In this document: positions 27,801 to 37,062 of the stretch, piece by piece
Numbering within the stretch: position 1 is the stretch's first letter
Layout: each line of letters opens with the position of its first letter
IMG/VR virus record: IMGVR_UViG_3300036715_003906
Span: 62,001-126,000 of that record
Strand: one strand, 5' to 3'
DNA: 64,000 nucleotides
Notes under the pieces: model-generated
The model's database searches: none
What the model was told of the DNA's origin: nothing
Seen by the model: only the letters and a program-made list of their open reading frames with translations
Made by a program: the position numbers and the translations under genes

Positions 27801-30800
27801 GCTCCCCGTCGGGTAGGCCCCCGTCCGGTCCCCGTTCAACCGGAAGCTCCGCGCCCCCCGAGGGATGGGGGACCACGCCGATGGCTCGGGGACGAAGTAG
27901 CTCTCCGCCAGCCCCGTGGTCACGACGCGAAGGATGCCCGTGGTCACGTCGAGCGCCGGCAAGGAAGCGTCCTCGGCGAAGACCTCCCCGCCCGCCAGGG
28001 TGACCGTGGTCACGTCGAGCGCCCCGTCGTAAGTCGACCCCGCGAGGAGGTAGACGGCTTCCTTCTCCACCCGGAGCAGGTAGCCCGCCGGGAAGAGGCT
28101 CGTCTGATCCCCCGCCACGGCAAAGCCACTCGCGCCGTCCGTGAGGGTCACCGCGGCCGTGAAGAGCGGGGGTTGGAGAACCGTGAAGGACCGTTCCCCT
28201 CCAAACGCCTCGTGGACGTAGTAATCGACGTAGAGGCGCTCGTCGGTCTGAACCGCAGATCCGCTCGGGAGGGCATCCGTCTGGAAGCCCTGCGCCGGCA
28301 GGAAGGTGATCGTGGACTGCGCGAGGTCGACCGCCACCTGGTCCGCCGTCTGGGGCCGGCCCCCGCGATAGACGGCCGGGGCCGGGGAAGCCGCCACCGT
28401 TCGCCCCGTGGGGTTGAAGCTCACCTGATTGGTCACCGCGGGCCTTGGGGTCGGCGTCCGCTCCTTGGCCACGAGGAAGCCTGCCCGCTCCGTGATGGGC
28501 GCCGAGGGCAAGCCCGTCGGGCCCACCGTGCGGTAGGTGATCTGGACCTCCTCCCCTGCGAGGAGCCGGTCGTTCAGCTCGACGAAGCCGAGCGCCGCCG
28601 TGACCTGGAAGTCCCGAAACCGCGTGAGGGTACGCACCCGGGCCACGGCCTGCCCGTAGTCGGCCGCGCTGAAGTTCAGGTTGCCGGTCTCCAGGGAGAC
28701 CTCGACGTGACCCGCCGGGAGCACGGAGAAGTCAAGGTCAGTCGCCACGGCCACGGGCGTGATGACCCCCTGCCCGAGCTGCACGGCCTGCCCCGGGAAG
28801 AGCCCGAGGCGCCGGACCACGTCGCCGCTGGCCGCTCCGAAGCTCGTCCAGGCCCGATCCACCGTGAGCCTTGCCCCATCCACCTGAACGACGACCCGCG
28901 AGGTCCCCACCCCGGGCCCGCTCGTGAGCCGCAGGGTGTCCCCGGGGAGAACCCCGTCCGCTCCGAAGTCTCCTGCCACCACCGCCGTCAGGGCGTCGGG
29001 GAAGGAGAGCGCGCCATAGCTGTGAACCGCCTCCTCGGCCGCCGCGAACCCGATCGGGGTGGTCCGTTGGAGGACCAGGGCGGGGTCAAGGAGGATAGCC
29101 GGAGACCAGGCGCGATCCGCGACGACCTCGACACCCCGGCGGAGGTCGTAGGCCCCCTGGCCCGCAAAGGAGGGCACGTCGAGGGTGAGCGCCGTGTTGC
29201 CGACCACCTGAGCGACCCTGTAGACGCCCCCTGGGCCCGAGGTCACCACGACGTAGTCCCCGACCTGAGCCGTCGTGAGGAAGCTGGCCAGGCTGTCCGT
29301 CAAGGTGGTCCCGGCCAAGGTAGCCGTCCCGGTGCCCACCACCGCCCCCGCGGCCGTCGTGAAGGAAAGAAGCCCCGAGGTGGGGTCGAGGAGCGCCCCT
29401 TGGCCGAGGGTGATTGCCGTGTACGCCCCCGTGCCGGGGCCCGTCTCCTCGGCCAAGGCGATGTTCGAGGAGAGGACCAGGGGGTCCGGCAAGGCCAGGG
29501 CCCCCTGGGGCTGGGAGGCCGAGACGAGCACGTCCTCCTTGCGCTGGGAGAAGACCATCTGCCGGGCCGCAAAGTCGAGGGTGTACCCGAGCCCTGCGGG
29601 CGGGCTGGGCAGGTCCTGCCGGGGCAAGGTGCCCACGAAGCGTCCCGTGCCTTGCTCCACGCGCACCACGAGGGGTTGATCATCCCGGGGCAGGGCCGGC
29701 AAGTAAACCTGGGGCGAAGCCACCATGGGGTCCGCCCACGTCGCCCCCGTCACGGGGTAGAGGGCCGCGAGGTCCTTGGCCGTCGGGTCACCCCCGTCCT
29801 GGTTCACGGGGTTGCGGAAGAGCCGCAGGACGACCCCGCGCTCGATGGGCAAGTCCCCGCTGACGAAGGTGACGCCCTGAGCCCCGAGGCGGGCCGTGTC
29901 GACGTCCGAGAAGTGGACGTGCCCGTCCGGCTTGACCTGCACCTCCCCCGAGACCCCGGCGTCGAAGGACGCCCCCGCCCCGAGACGGCGCACCACCGGG
30001 AAGCGGTAACCCGAGGCCAGGCGGAAGAGGAGGTCACCGCCCTCGGCGGGCAAAGAGGGCACCACCAGGGGGGAGGCCACCGTCCCGAGCGACTGGGAGG
30101 GCAAGGGAAGGTTCGTGGCAAAGAGGGTGCCGTCGTGGAAGACCAGGACGCCCGGCCGTGCCCCGAGGTCCGCCGACCCGAAGCGCAGCCGCCCGGTCGT
30201 CCGGGACCACTGGACCGTCCCCGAGGGGATGGCCGAGGGGGCATCGAAGCCCCCGTCGCTGGCCTTCTCGACCGCCTGCATCCACCCGCCGTACCCGAGC
30301 CGGACGAGGGGCGTCTGACCCGAGGCAGGGAGGGGGCAGAGGAGCAGCGCGTCCTCGATGACCCCGATCTGTCCGGTGCTCTCCTGGTAGGTGGCGAAGC
30401 CTTGCCGCTGGAAGCGCACCACCTGCCCGGCGTAGGTGACCATGTCCGCGGGGTTCCAGTGCAGCTCCCCGGTCCCGGTGAGGAGCTGCACGGTGCCGGC
30501 CGGGGGGCTCGCGAAGGCCGAGACCAGGGCCACGGTGAGCGTCGTACCCGACCCCGGACCGACGGAGAGACGGAAGGGGGCCGCGCTGAGCACCCCCTGG
30601 GGCGCCGTGACCTTGAGCCGGCTCGTGTTGAGCGAGGGGCCCACCACGCCGGGGACCTCGGGTGGGAGCCCCGGCAAGGGGGCAAAGCGCTGGTCTTGCC
30701 CGAGGTAGTCGAAGCGGGCGACGACCTCGTTCTTGGTCCAGCCGAGCCTCGCGGGGCCGTCGAGGTTGCCCTCCGCCATGACGAGGACCAGGTACTCCGT

Positions 30801-30947
30801 CCGCGGCGCGGGCTCCGACCCCACAGGGTAGGCCGCATGGAACGCCGTGCCATCCGCGATCCCGTCGTTCGGTGTCAGCGTCGTCGCGGCGTTGCTCCCC
30901 CCCACCCGGGGGGGTTCGAGGACGTACCCCTTGAGGCTCAGGCTCAT
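24843..30947 (-). CDS. Giant baseplate/tail structural protein, 2034 aa
   Basis: Strong codon bias and multiple beta-sandwich modules (e.g. GDYVVVTSGPGGVYRV, GMTVVMTSGLNAGKRRQV). Sits between the spike and wedge genes. Confidence 0.8.
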   Translation of the reverse strand: MSLSLKGYVLEPPRVGGSNAATTLTPNDGIADGTAFHAAYPVGSEPAPRTEYLVLVMAEGNLDGPARLGWTKNEVVARFDYLGQDQRFAPLPGLPPEVPGVVGPSLNTSRLKVTAPQGVLSAAPFRLSVGPGSGTTLTVALVSAFASPPAGTVQLLTGTGELHWNPADMVTYAGQVVRFQRQGFATYQESTGQIGVIEDALLLCPLPASGQTPLVRLGYGGWMQAVEKASDGGFDAPSAIPSGTVQWSRTTGRLRFGSADLGARPGVLVFHDGTLFATNLPLPSQSLGTVASPLVVPSLPAEGGDLLFRLASGYRFPVVRRLGAGASFDAGVSGEVQVKPDGHVHFSDVDTARLGAQGVTFVSGDLPIERGVVLRLFRNPVNQDGGDPTAKDLAALYPVTGATWADPMVASPQVYLPALPRDDQPLVVRVEQGTGRFVGTLPRQDLPSPPAGLGYTLDFAARQMVFSQRKEDVLVSASQPQGALALPDPLVLSSNIALAEETGPGTGAYTAITLGQGALLDPTSGLLSFTTAAGAVVGTGTATLAGTTLTDSLASFLTTAQVGDYVVVTSGPGGVYRVAQVVGNTALTLDVPSFAGQGAYDLRRGVEVVADRAWSPAILLDPALVLQRTTPIGFAAAEEAVHSYGALSFPDALTAVVAGDFGADGVLPGDTLRLTSGPGVGTSRVVVQVDGARLTVDRAWTSFGAASGDVVRRLGLFPGQAVQLGQGVITPVAVATDLDFSVLPAGHVEVSLETGNLNFSAADYGQAVARVRTLTRFRDFQVTAALGFVELNDRLLAGEEVQITYRTVGPTGLPSAPITERAGFLVAKERTPTPRPAVTNQVSFNPTGRTVAASPAPAVYRGGRPQTADQVAVDLAQSTITFLPAQGFQTDALPSGSAVQTDERLYVDYYVHEAFGGERSFTVLQPPLFTAAVTLTDGASGFAVAGDQTSLFPAGYLLRVEKEAVYLLAGSTYDGALDVTTVTLAGGEVFAEDASLPALDVTTGILRVVTTGLAESYFVPEPSAWSPIPRGARSFRLNGDRTGAYPTGSVVYLAAVAGVPQDFYAVTGSSYDAGTGVTQVTLAQPLVREARPGQTFLRVSRRPIAEEGQTSFQTRRQPVVSEGYVAFRRTEGQPGVVLTTDLSEAGTLKADALGPGEMIGLFYVGYRLLAAGVRVKASYTATIAPSADNGLLGQKLRADTTVASPDTFFFRVETLTNFRGEVTDEIQAAALAQAPTAGPVTSHAASPRLYQQGSPSLFYDEGHIANVDYVARALLSFFHDAIDHLEDAWQSLDGRVVGATDGRFRFDGQVGNPVRLTNADITNDIDDLVQISPYPTTVVWNPPAPPVVTFLGTNVPLWQPSTLSRLYPTRRATLFGRTTAGSDTGASTGDPILDFAEEGISGPPPVVYRRWPRARVSATTPAGSTVLLLDNAQGQAVPLRPAFAAGMTVIVVAPDGTAIIGDGTPLTVASVLGSPERIGVSALPVPVPEGSTVVLCTTGSSADTSYAKSYRLGTDVGLDGDAGHLTYVAPYFPFDGSVPLIPAALNIQAPASGEQLQMDGAGITSTRTTPFRFPALDGGTTTDTGDTGLPLVGPVVEQEAQALAAEAALLAALGGAATPVVVSSLTVDATGKNLTAAPFWPSLPEVYDLVRFVTGPNAGAGWRRLNAVVGPNLGSVDTAFPFPSTTGQAVVTTGGDVAVGTASFPSLTVLSDAGLSGLITAGMTVVMTSGLNAGKRRQVVSRLSSTQLLLDAPMGSLAGGTYRVQKMTGTWSLLPTAEAAQQVRVLTTNDHHLSAVVDSQALAIDRFLHGDTLDGQDGVCTLLASGNGAAYGLTLTDGGQDFVAAGVTTAAYVEVAAGPSRGVYKVATVTSTVLTLATPFPSAGAVAYRVETAFGVSAATLAALVAAEGQATDEAALVSAWIGQMATVPVSVTPPDAAIFATGLMAAQVSARQAEVTARQALLADPVAGPGAILGLALVSQDKLYAKRFSWIRARVDGEDGTLYKIGRAQARRVDAEAKLVAQLVQLASVKGAP

Positions 30948-30948
30948 G

Positions 30949-31143
30949 TCAGCGGCCCATCACCACGAGCCAGAGGAGCCAGCGGTAGGTCCGCTCCCCG
31001 GGGGTCATGTGGAAGCGGTGGCCAAGAAGGGTGATCCAGACGTCGCGGGTGATGGCCCCGGTGACAAGCTCGTTCCCGACGCGCTCGACAGGGCGGCTCT
31101 CGGCAAACTCGAACCAGGACGTGGGGGTGAACGTGAGGGGCAT
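30949..31143 (-). CDS. 64-aa hypothetical protein
   Basis: AGGAG upstream, fills the intergenic gap, normal codon use. Confidence 0.55.
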   Translation of the reverse strand: MPLTFTPTSWFEFAESRPVERVGNELVTGAITRDVWITLLGHRFHMTPGERTYRWLLWLVVMGR

Positions 31144-31156
31144 GGGGATGGGTCTC

Positions 31157-31723
31157 CTAGAAAATCTGACCCGTCACGGTGGCCGCGCCTGGGCCGGGAC
31201 CGCTCGGGCCTACCACGATCACCGGCATAGAGAAACTTGCGAAGAAGATGTCGAGCCCCTGGCCGATCGCCCGGGCTTCCTTGACCGCCCCGGGGCCCAC
31301 CAGCCCCGCGGACGCGAAGCCCTGGATCATGAAAGGAACCGCGGTCCCGCGGAAGGTGGCGACCCCGGCCCCGCTCCCCACCCCCGGAACGGCGGCCGTG
31401 ATGATGCCGGGGAGGAGGGCCGCGGCGATCCCCTGGCTGAGCCCCACGGCAAAGACGGGGGTGAAGATGCCCAGCATCCCCGCGCTCGTGAAGGCCCCGA
31501 GGAGCGCCGGGAGGAGCAGGGGCGACGGGACGAGAAGCGGCATGGCCACGACCCCCGTCCCCACGACCCCGACGGCGGAAATGGGTACGCGCACGGCCTT
31601 CGACCAGGCCGTGAGGCCCAGGGCGACGCCGAGGGCGAGCTTGGGGGTGCCGATCCCGAGGCACCCGACCCCCAGCAGGGCGGGGTAGATCGAAGCCACC
31701 ATGGCGGGGGGAGCGAGAGGCAT
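31157..31723 (-). CDS. Gly/Ala-rich hydrophobic protein downstream of the spike (possible spike tip), 188 aa
   Basis: TGATG overlap with the spike gene. Its position corresponds to PAAR/gp5.4 genes. Confidence 0.55.
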   Translation of the reverse strand: MPLAPPAMVASIYPALLGVGCLGIGTPKLALGVALGLTAWSKAVRVPISAVGVVGTGVVAMPLLVPSPLLLPALLGAFTSAGMLGIFTPVFAVGLSQGIAAALLPGIITAAVPGVGSGAGVATFRGTAVPFMIQGFASAGLVGPGAVKEARAIGQGLDIFFASFSMPVIVVGPSGPGPGAATVTGQIF

Positions 31724-33903
31724 CAGAAAGACCGCGCGAGGGCCGAGCCGAGGTAAGGGATACCGAGGATGTAGTCGAGGGAGGGGGCCCCCGGGGGGAG
31801 CGTGGGGGCCCCTCGCACAATCCCGAGGACGGCGGCGGGGCCCCCGAGCAGGATCTGGGGGGCGATGAGGCTGACGGCGGCGGCGGCGGTGAGGGTCATG
31901 GCCAGCCCCGCCGTCAGGGTCATGGCCAGCCCCGCCGTGAGGGCGACGGCGCCCCCTGCGGCCGAGATGGCGACGGCGCCGCTCGCCGTGGTCAGGGTGA
32001 GCGCCCCGGCCCCGACGGTGACGGCAAAGGCGCCCCCGGGGTTGTTGAAGGCGGTGGCCCCGGCCGCCACGGTGGTCGTCATGGCCCCGGCGAGGATGCT
32101 CCGCACCTCACTGCCCGCCAGGATGGTCGAGACCCGGCCGCCTGCGGCGATGGTCTCCTGGACGAGCAAGCCGTAGCGGTACTGGCTCTGGCCCGCGACC
32201 ACCCACGAGACATCCTTGGCCGTCGAGGCAAAGCCGCTCGTGGCGTTCAGGTTGACCCGCTCCCCCCCGAGGTCGAGGAGGTTGCTGGCCCGGATGGACC
32301 TCGTGCCCTCGACCGTCTCGACCGAGTCCCCCGAGACGGCCTCCGCCTTGTCCCCCTGGATCTCGATGTCGAGGGCGCGGTCCGTGTCCCCCGGCACCCC
32401 GCGGTACGAGTGGCGGACCCCCGAGTGGTAGGTGATGTCGAGGGCGTTGCCCGTGTCGGAGTTGTGGCCAATGTCGGCCTTGATCCCGCCGGCCAGGGTG
32501 GCCTGGATGCTCGTGTTCGTGGGGCTCATGGCCCCGATGAACATCTTGATCGCGCCGAGGATGTTGGCCTCGAGGCTCACCCCCCGGGCGTCGGGGTAGC
32601 GCTCGACGGTGGGCTTGGGCACCTGGATGAGCACCTTGCCTTGCTTCTGCACCGACATGGCGAAGGTGTCCGCCAGCCCGGCGCCCTTGGGGGCAAAGAC
32701 ACGGAAGAGGTAGGCTCCCGCCGAGGTCGTGGCCTCCGCGTCGCTGCCCCCGGCCCGGTCGATCTCCTCCAGGGAGAAGAGCCCGGGCTTCGTCGTGCCG
32801 ATGTCGGTCCAGATCTGCGGGCGGAGGACCTTGCCGTACTGCCGCTGCCCGAGCGAGGACCAGGGGTCGTTGCCGACGAGCGTGCCGTAGACCTGCTCGA
32901 TGTAGACCCGGGCCGACTGCACCGGGAAGCCGTCGATCTCCGTGATGCTGTCCTGGCTGAGATCCGACTGGTGCCGCATCTCCATGCGGTCTTCGGTGAA
33001 GGCGTCCCCCGGCCCGGCCTCGCCCCCTTCGAGGGGCGTGCCGTAGACCGTGGACGGGTAAAAGGCCCGGCGCCCGTTGGCGTAGACCACGGGTGGCGAC
33101 GCGCCGTCCAGGTTCTGGAAGAGGGGGTTGAGCGTCCCGTCCGCCTGGGCAAACTTCGTGGGGGCCCCCGGGAGTCCGGGCCCGAGCCCCGCCAGCTCAT
33201 CCCGGCCAAAATACCGATCGGCCTCCCCTTTCAGCTTGCCCGAGGAGTCGAGGACGTCGGGGGGCAGGAAGGCGTCGAAGCGGCGGATGGGCCCCGCCAG
33301 GCGCTTGACACCGCTCGCCGACTCGACCTTGTGAACCGAGTGGATGACGGCGGTCCGCTCGGCGTCCCGTAGCTCGACGGCGTCGCCGGCCCGGTTGACC
33401 ATCCGGGCGTCCTTCGACAGCACCAGCTCGGACCCCGCGGCCGACATGCCCCCCACGTCCCCCGACCGGAGCCGTAGGCGCTTGTAACGGGTCGTGCGCC
33501 CGATGATCTTCGCGTAGAGGGAGGCATCCTCGGGGGCGATGTTCGCCGGGTCATCGGGGGCGTAGGGGTCAAAGCGTCCCCCGCTCTTCGTCCCCACCGG
33601 CAGGTAGCCGAGGATGACCACCTCCTCGATCTGCTTGTGCTTCTTGCGGAAACCGACGACGGCCAGGGAATCGACCTCGGGGATGCCACCCCAGAAGCTA
33701 CGCGGCCCCGCCATCGCCTGCGTCAAGTCGATCTCGAACCGCTCCCCGCCCCCGGTGACGATCTTGAGGTCGGCCTTCATGGTCACGTCGTCCACGCGCG
33801 TGATCACGGCGAGCTTGAGGTAGAGGCCCCGGATAGCGTCAGCGAACTCCTTGCCGGGGACGTAGCCGGGGACGTGGGTCGGGTGAGTCTTGAGGGGCGG
33901 CAT
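31723..33903 (-). CDS. Baseplate central spike (gp5/gpV/VgrG C-terminal-like), 726 aa
   Basis: N-terminal OB-fold-like region (AVITRVDD...GGIPEVDSLAVVGF). C-terminal beta-helix repeats (AVTVGAGALTLTTASGAVAISAAGG...). Confidence 0.75.
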   Translation of the reverse strand: MPPLKTHPTHVPGYVPGKEFADAIRGLYLKLAVITRVDDVTMKADLKIVTGGGERFEIDLTQAMAGPRSFWGGIPEVDSLAVVGFRKKHKQIEEVVILGYLPVGTKSGGRFDPYAPDDPANIAPEDASLYAKIIGRTTRYKRLRLRSGDVGGMSAAGSELVLSKDARMVNRAGDAVELRDAERTAVIHSVHKVESASGVKRLAGPIRRFDAFLPPDVLDSSGKLKGEADRYFGRDELAGLGPGLPGAPTKFAQADGTLNPLFQNLDGASPPVVYANGRRAFYPSTVYGTPLEGGEAGPGDAFTEDRMEMRHQSDLSQDSITEIDGFPVQSARVYIEQVYGTLVGNDPWSSLGQRQYGKVLRPQIWTDIGTTKPGLFSLEEIDRAGGSDAEATTSAGAYLFRVFAPKGAGLADTFAMSVQKQGKVLIQVPKPTVERYPDARGVSLEANILGAIKMFIGAMSPTNTSIQATLAGGIKADIGHNSDTGNALDITYHSGVRHSYRGVPGDTDRALDIEIQGDKAEAVSGDSVETVEGTRSIRASNLLDLGGERVNLNATSGFASTAKDVSWVVAGQSQYRYGLLVQETIAAGGRVSTILAGSEVRSILAGAMTTTVAAGATAFNNPGGAFAVTVGAGALTLTTASGAVAISAAGGAVALTAGLAMTLTAGLAMTLTAAAAVSLIAPQILLGGPAAVLGIVRGAPTLPPGAPSLDYILGIPYLGSALARSF

Positions 33904-33906
33904 GGG

Positions 33907-36900
33907 TCAGTGGGGGAGCGCGGAGAGCTTCTGCTGGTCGTGGCGGATCTGCTGCCGGAGCGGGGCGGTGTCGGCGTCGCTGGCCCCGCTCTGGACCATG
34001 GCCTTGAGCTGCCCCTGGGCCTGGTTGATCTGGCCCTGAAGCTGCGCTCGCTCCCCCGAGGCCCGGAGCTTCTGCCCGAAGGACGACCAGGTAGAGGTGA
34101 GGTCGTCCCGCGCCGAGGACCCCTGGAGGGCAATGGCCGCGGGGTCCCCGACCGCCGCCCGGTTCATCGGGGAGAAGGGGGGCGAGAGGGGCGAAGGAAC
34201 CGGGGCCCCGCCCGCATCCGTCGGGGGGGCGTCCGTGGACTCGGACGTGCTCCCCCGCAGGGCCTGTTCGAGCCGCTGGTGGGGCCCGTCGAGGGTCTCG
34301 TACAGGTTGAAGAGGTAGCGGTTGACGATGTCCGCGGCCTGGGTCGGGCTGAGGAGCGCCGGGGCCGGGCCCGTGGGCACCACCGGGCCGCCATCGGTGA
34401 CCCCGAAGAGGCTGGCCGTGTCGGGCACGGCCCCTTTCAGGATCTTGACCTGGTAACCGTTCGTGAGGAAGGCCAGGTCGCTCCGGCCGAGAAGGCAGGC
34501 GCAGTCCTCATCAGGGTACTGCCCCTGCTTGATAAAGGTCATCTCGGCGAGGGTGAGGGCCCGGCTGAGCTGCGTCGCCTCGACCGAGTTCGAGAAGCCC
34601 TTTTGCTGCGGGCTACCGAGGGGGGCGGCATCGACGAAGTTTGACCCCGCCGCCACGAACTCCGCCTTGCCCGTCTTCGGGTTGTAGACGCCCGCGGTCT
34701 CAAGATCGTCCAGCTCCAGACGTGCCACGGCTTCCGCGGGGTTCGTCGAGGTCGACGTGACCGAGGTGAGCCCCGCCGACTGGGCCGTGAGGGTCGCGAA
34801 AAGGTCCCCGGAGAGGGCGAGCTGGATGTCGACGGAGGCGGCGTCGTTGCGGCCGACGAAGGTGGGCACCAGGCGGCCGTCCCGCATGGCCACGCCCCGG
34901 CCATAGCGGAAGTGGCCGATGACCTCGAAGCCCCGCTCATCGCTGATGGGCCGGATGAGGGCCGTATGGCCCTCGACCACGGCGACCGCCTGGCCGCTCT
35001 CGGTCACGCTGCTCAGGTTCTTCGTGGGGAGCAGGACCATCTCCGAGATGCTCTTCTTGAGGTCGTGGGCGTAGACGTAGACCCCGGCGGAGTTGAGCCC
35101 GTACTGGTAGCGGTTGTTGAGGTGCTTCGTCCGCAGGTCGTCCTCGGCCGTCGAGGTGTGCTGGGCCGTCAGGTACTTGCCCACCTCGGCGAGCCCCGCC
35201 TTCATCTGCTGGGCACGCTTGGGGTCCGTGTAGGCGTTGAGCTGCTTGCCCTTGGTCCCCGCGTTCTTGGCCAGGTCGTCAGGCTGCGGCTGGAAGGGCC
35301 TCGTGTAGACGAGGGTGGCGTTGGGGAAGCCCACGGCCCGCCCCGTCTTCGGATGCCGCAGGACGAGGGCCTCGTAGGGGTTATCCCCTTGCACGCTGGC
35401 GAGGGCCTCGGGGGTGGGGGGAAGCGTCGCCGCCGACCCCAGGGTGAGCTGGTAGACGCCCCCCTTGCTGAGCTGCCGGCTGCTGTACTTGTAGGTGTCG
35501 TCCTTGCCCGGCGTCGCCCCGTCGACCTTCTTCAAGTCGAGCTTGCCCACGCCCCGGGGAGCAAAGAACTTCTGGCGCTTGGCCGTGAGGGTCAAGGTGG
35601 TCTCGCACCGGCCACCCATGGTGATGTTGTGGCTGATCCCGTGGACGTACCAGACCTGGTCCTTCGGAGCGAGGTAGACCGGGAACCCCAGGCGCAGCTC
35701 GGGCCGGAGCGGGATGTTGACCGAACCACGGTGACGCTTCGAGTTGATCCGGTCGAGGATGTCGAGGCCGTGGTAAAACATGAGCAGGGGGTCGCTCATG
35801 AACTCGGAGTTGTAGGGGTGGGGCCGCCAGCCGTACTTGCGGAGGAGGTGGTAGTCCGTGACGCTCGTGAAGGGCGTGATCTCCTCGGGGAAGCCGTACT
35901 CGACGTTCCCCCCGTAGGACCCCTGCATCTGGATTTGCGTCACCACCTCGGACTCGGAATCACTGAGATTCCACGAGATAATGTCGATATCCTGAATCCA
36001 CGAGAGGGGCTTGTTCCCGAGGACGTCCAGGTTGAAGAAGGGCGGCTTGAACACGATGTCGCCGGTGACGTCCATGTACAGCTCGAAGCCGATGGCCTCC
36101 TTGGCGGCATTCGCCAGCTCCATCTTCGTCTGGTAGCTCGACTGCCAGAAGTTGACCTGCCCGGCGTCGTTGAACTGCGTGCGGAAGGCGACCACGGAGG
36201 GGTCCGTGGGGTCGAAGACCATCTGCCCGCCCGCGGCCCCGCCGTTGGCGTTGCGCACGGCCGTCGAGGCGAAGGGCTGCCGGGCCGCCCCCTTGCCCGA
36301 ACGCTGGGCCTCGGAGAGCGTATCGCCCCGGACCGCGACCCCGTTCACCCCGTAGAGGAGCAGGTTCGACCGGACGCGGGAAAAACGCTGCTCCCAGTAG
36401 GACATGATGTCCCGGAGGGCCGAGGAGAACGCCTGCTTCTGCCCCCCGTTCTCCTTGGTGAGCGAGATGAGGGACCCCGACCCGATGACGACGTCCCCGA
36501 ACGCCTGCTGGGCGACGGTCCAGATCACGTCATAAGGATTCATCCCATAGAAAACATTGCCGAAAATGCTGGTCCCCGCCTGGCCCTTCGGGGCCGTGAA
36601 GGCGGGATTGATGTTCATCCGGCAGAGGTCCCACCACTTGAGGATATCGGCGCACGAGATGGACACCGTGTGCTCGCCCCCGGAGTAGCTGTCGCCCACC
36701 TCCGTGATGATCCCCCAGAAGATCGGGTAATACTGGGGCACGCCCTCGACGAGATAGAAGCCCTTGGCGTAGATCTCGATCTCCATCATCTCCGTGATGA
36801 CGGGCTGCCCCTCGAAGAAGAAGTCGTCGATCGCGTGCCGGGGGATGCTCAGGTTGACCGAGGCCGATCCGGGGACGCTCTCGACCGACAGATCCACGCT

Positions 36901-37059
36901 GATCTGCGTGATGAACTTGTTGAAATCGAAGCGTCGCCGGCAGCTCGGGCAGCCGATGAGATCCGTCTCGCCATTGATGTACACGATGGCATCGGGCGCG
37001 TGGATCACGGTGGGCCGGACGCCCGCCTGGTACGTGCCGCTGAACGGGGAGCGAGCCAT
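33907..37059 (-). CDS. Baseplate hub (gp27/gpD-like), 1050 aa
   Basis: Contains 'YYPIFWGIITEVGDSYSGGEHTVSISCAD', 'GFELYMDVTGDIVFKPP', 'VNIPLRPELRLGFPVY...WYVHGISH...TTLTL'. Confidence 0.75.
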   Translation of the reverse strand: MARSPFSGTYQAGVRPTVIHAPDAIVYINGETDLIGCPSCRRRFDFNKFITQISVDLSVESVPGSASVNLSIPRHAIDDFFFEGQPVITEMMEIEIYAKGFYLVEGVPQYYPIFWGIITEVGDSYSGGEHTVSISCADILKWWDLCRMNINPAFTAPKGQAGTSIFGNVFYGMNPYDVIWTVAQQAFGDVVIGSGSLISLTKENGGQKQAFSSALRDIMSYWEQRFSRVRSNLLLYGVNGVAVRGDTLSEAQRSGKGAARQPFASTAVRNANGGAAGGQMVFDPTDPSVVAFRTQFNDAGQVNFWQSSYQTKMELANAAKEAIGFELYMDVTGDIVFKPPFFNLDVLGNKPLSWIQDIDIISWNLSDSESEVVTQIQMQGSYGGNVEYGFPEEITPFTSVTDYHLLRKYGWRPHPYNSEFMSDPLLMFYHGLDILDRINSKRHRGSVNIPLRPELRLGFPVYLAPKDQVWYVHGISHNITMGGRCETTLTLTAKRQKFFAPRGVGKLDLKKVDGATPGKDDTYKYSSRQLSKGGVYQLTLGSAATLPPTPEALASVQGDNPYEALVLRHPKTGRAVGFPNATLVYTRPFQPQPDDLAKNAGTKGKQLNAYTDPKRAQQMKAGLAEVGKYLTAQHTSTAEDDLRTKHLNNRYQYGLNSAGVYVYAHDLKKSISEMVLLPTKNLSSVTESGQAVAVVEGHTALIRPISDERGFEVIGHFRYGRGVAMRDGRLVPTFVGRNDAASVDIQLALSGDLFATLTAQSAGLTSVTSTSTNPAEAVARLELDDLETAGVYNPKTGKAEFVAAGSNFVDAAPLGSPQQKGFSNSVEATQLSRALTLAEMTFIKQGQYPDEDCACLLGRSDLAFLTNGYQVKILKGAVPDTASLFGVTDGGPVVPTGPAPALLSPTQAADIVNRYLFNLYETLDGPHQRLEQALRGSTSESTDAPPTDAGGAPVPSPLSPPFSPMNRAAVGDPAAIALQGSSARDDLTSTWSSFGQKLRASGERAQLQGQINQAQGQLKAMVQSGASDADTAPLRQQIRHDQQKLSALPH

Positions 37060-37062
37060 GGT

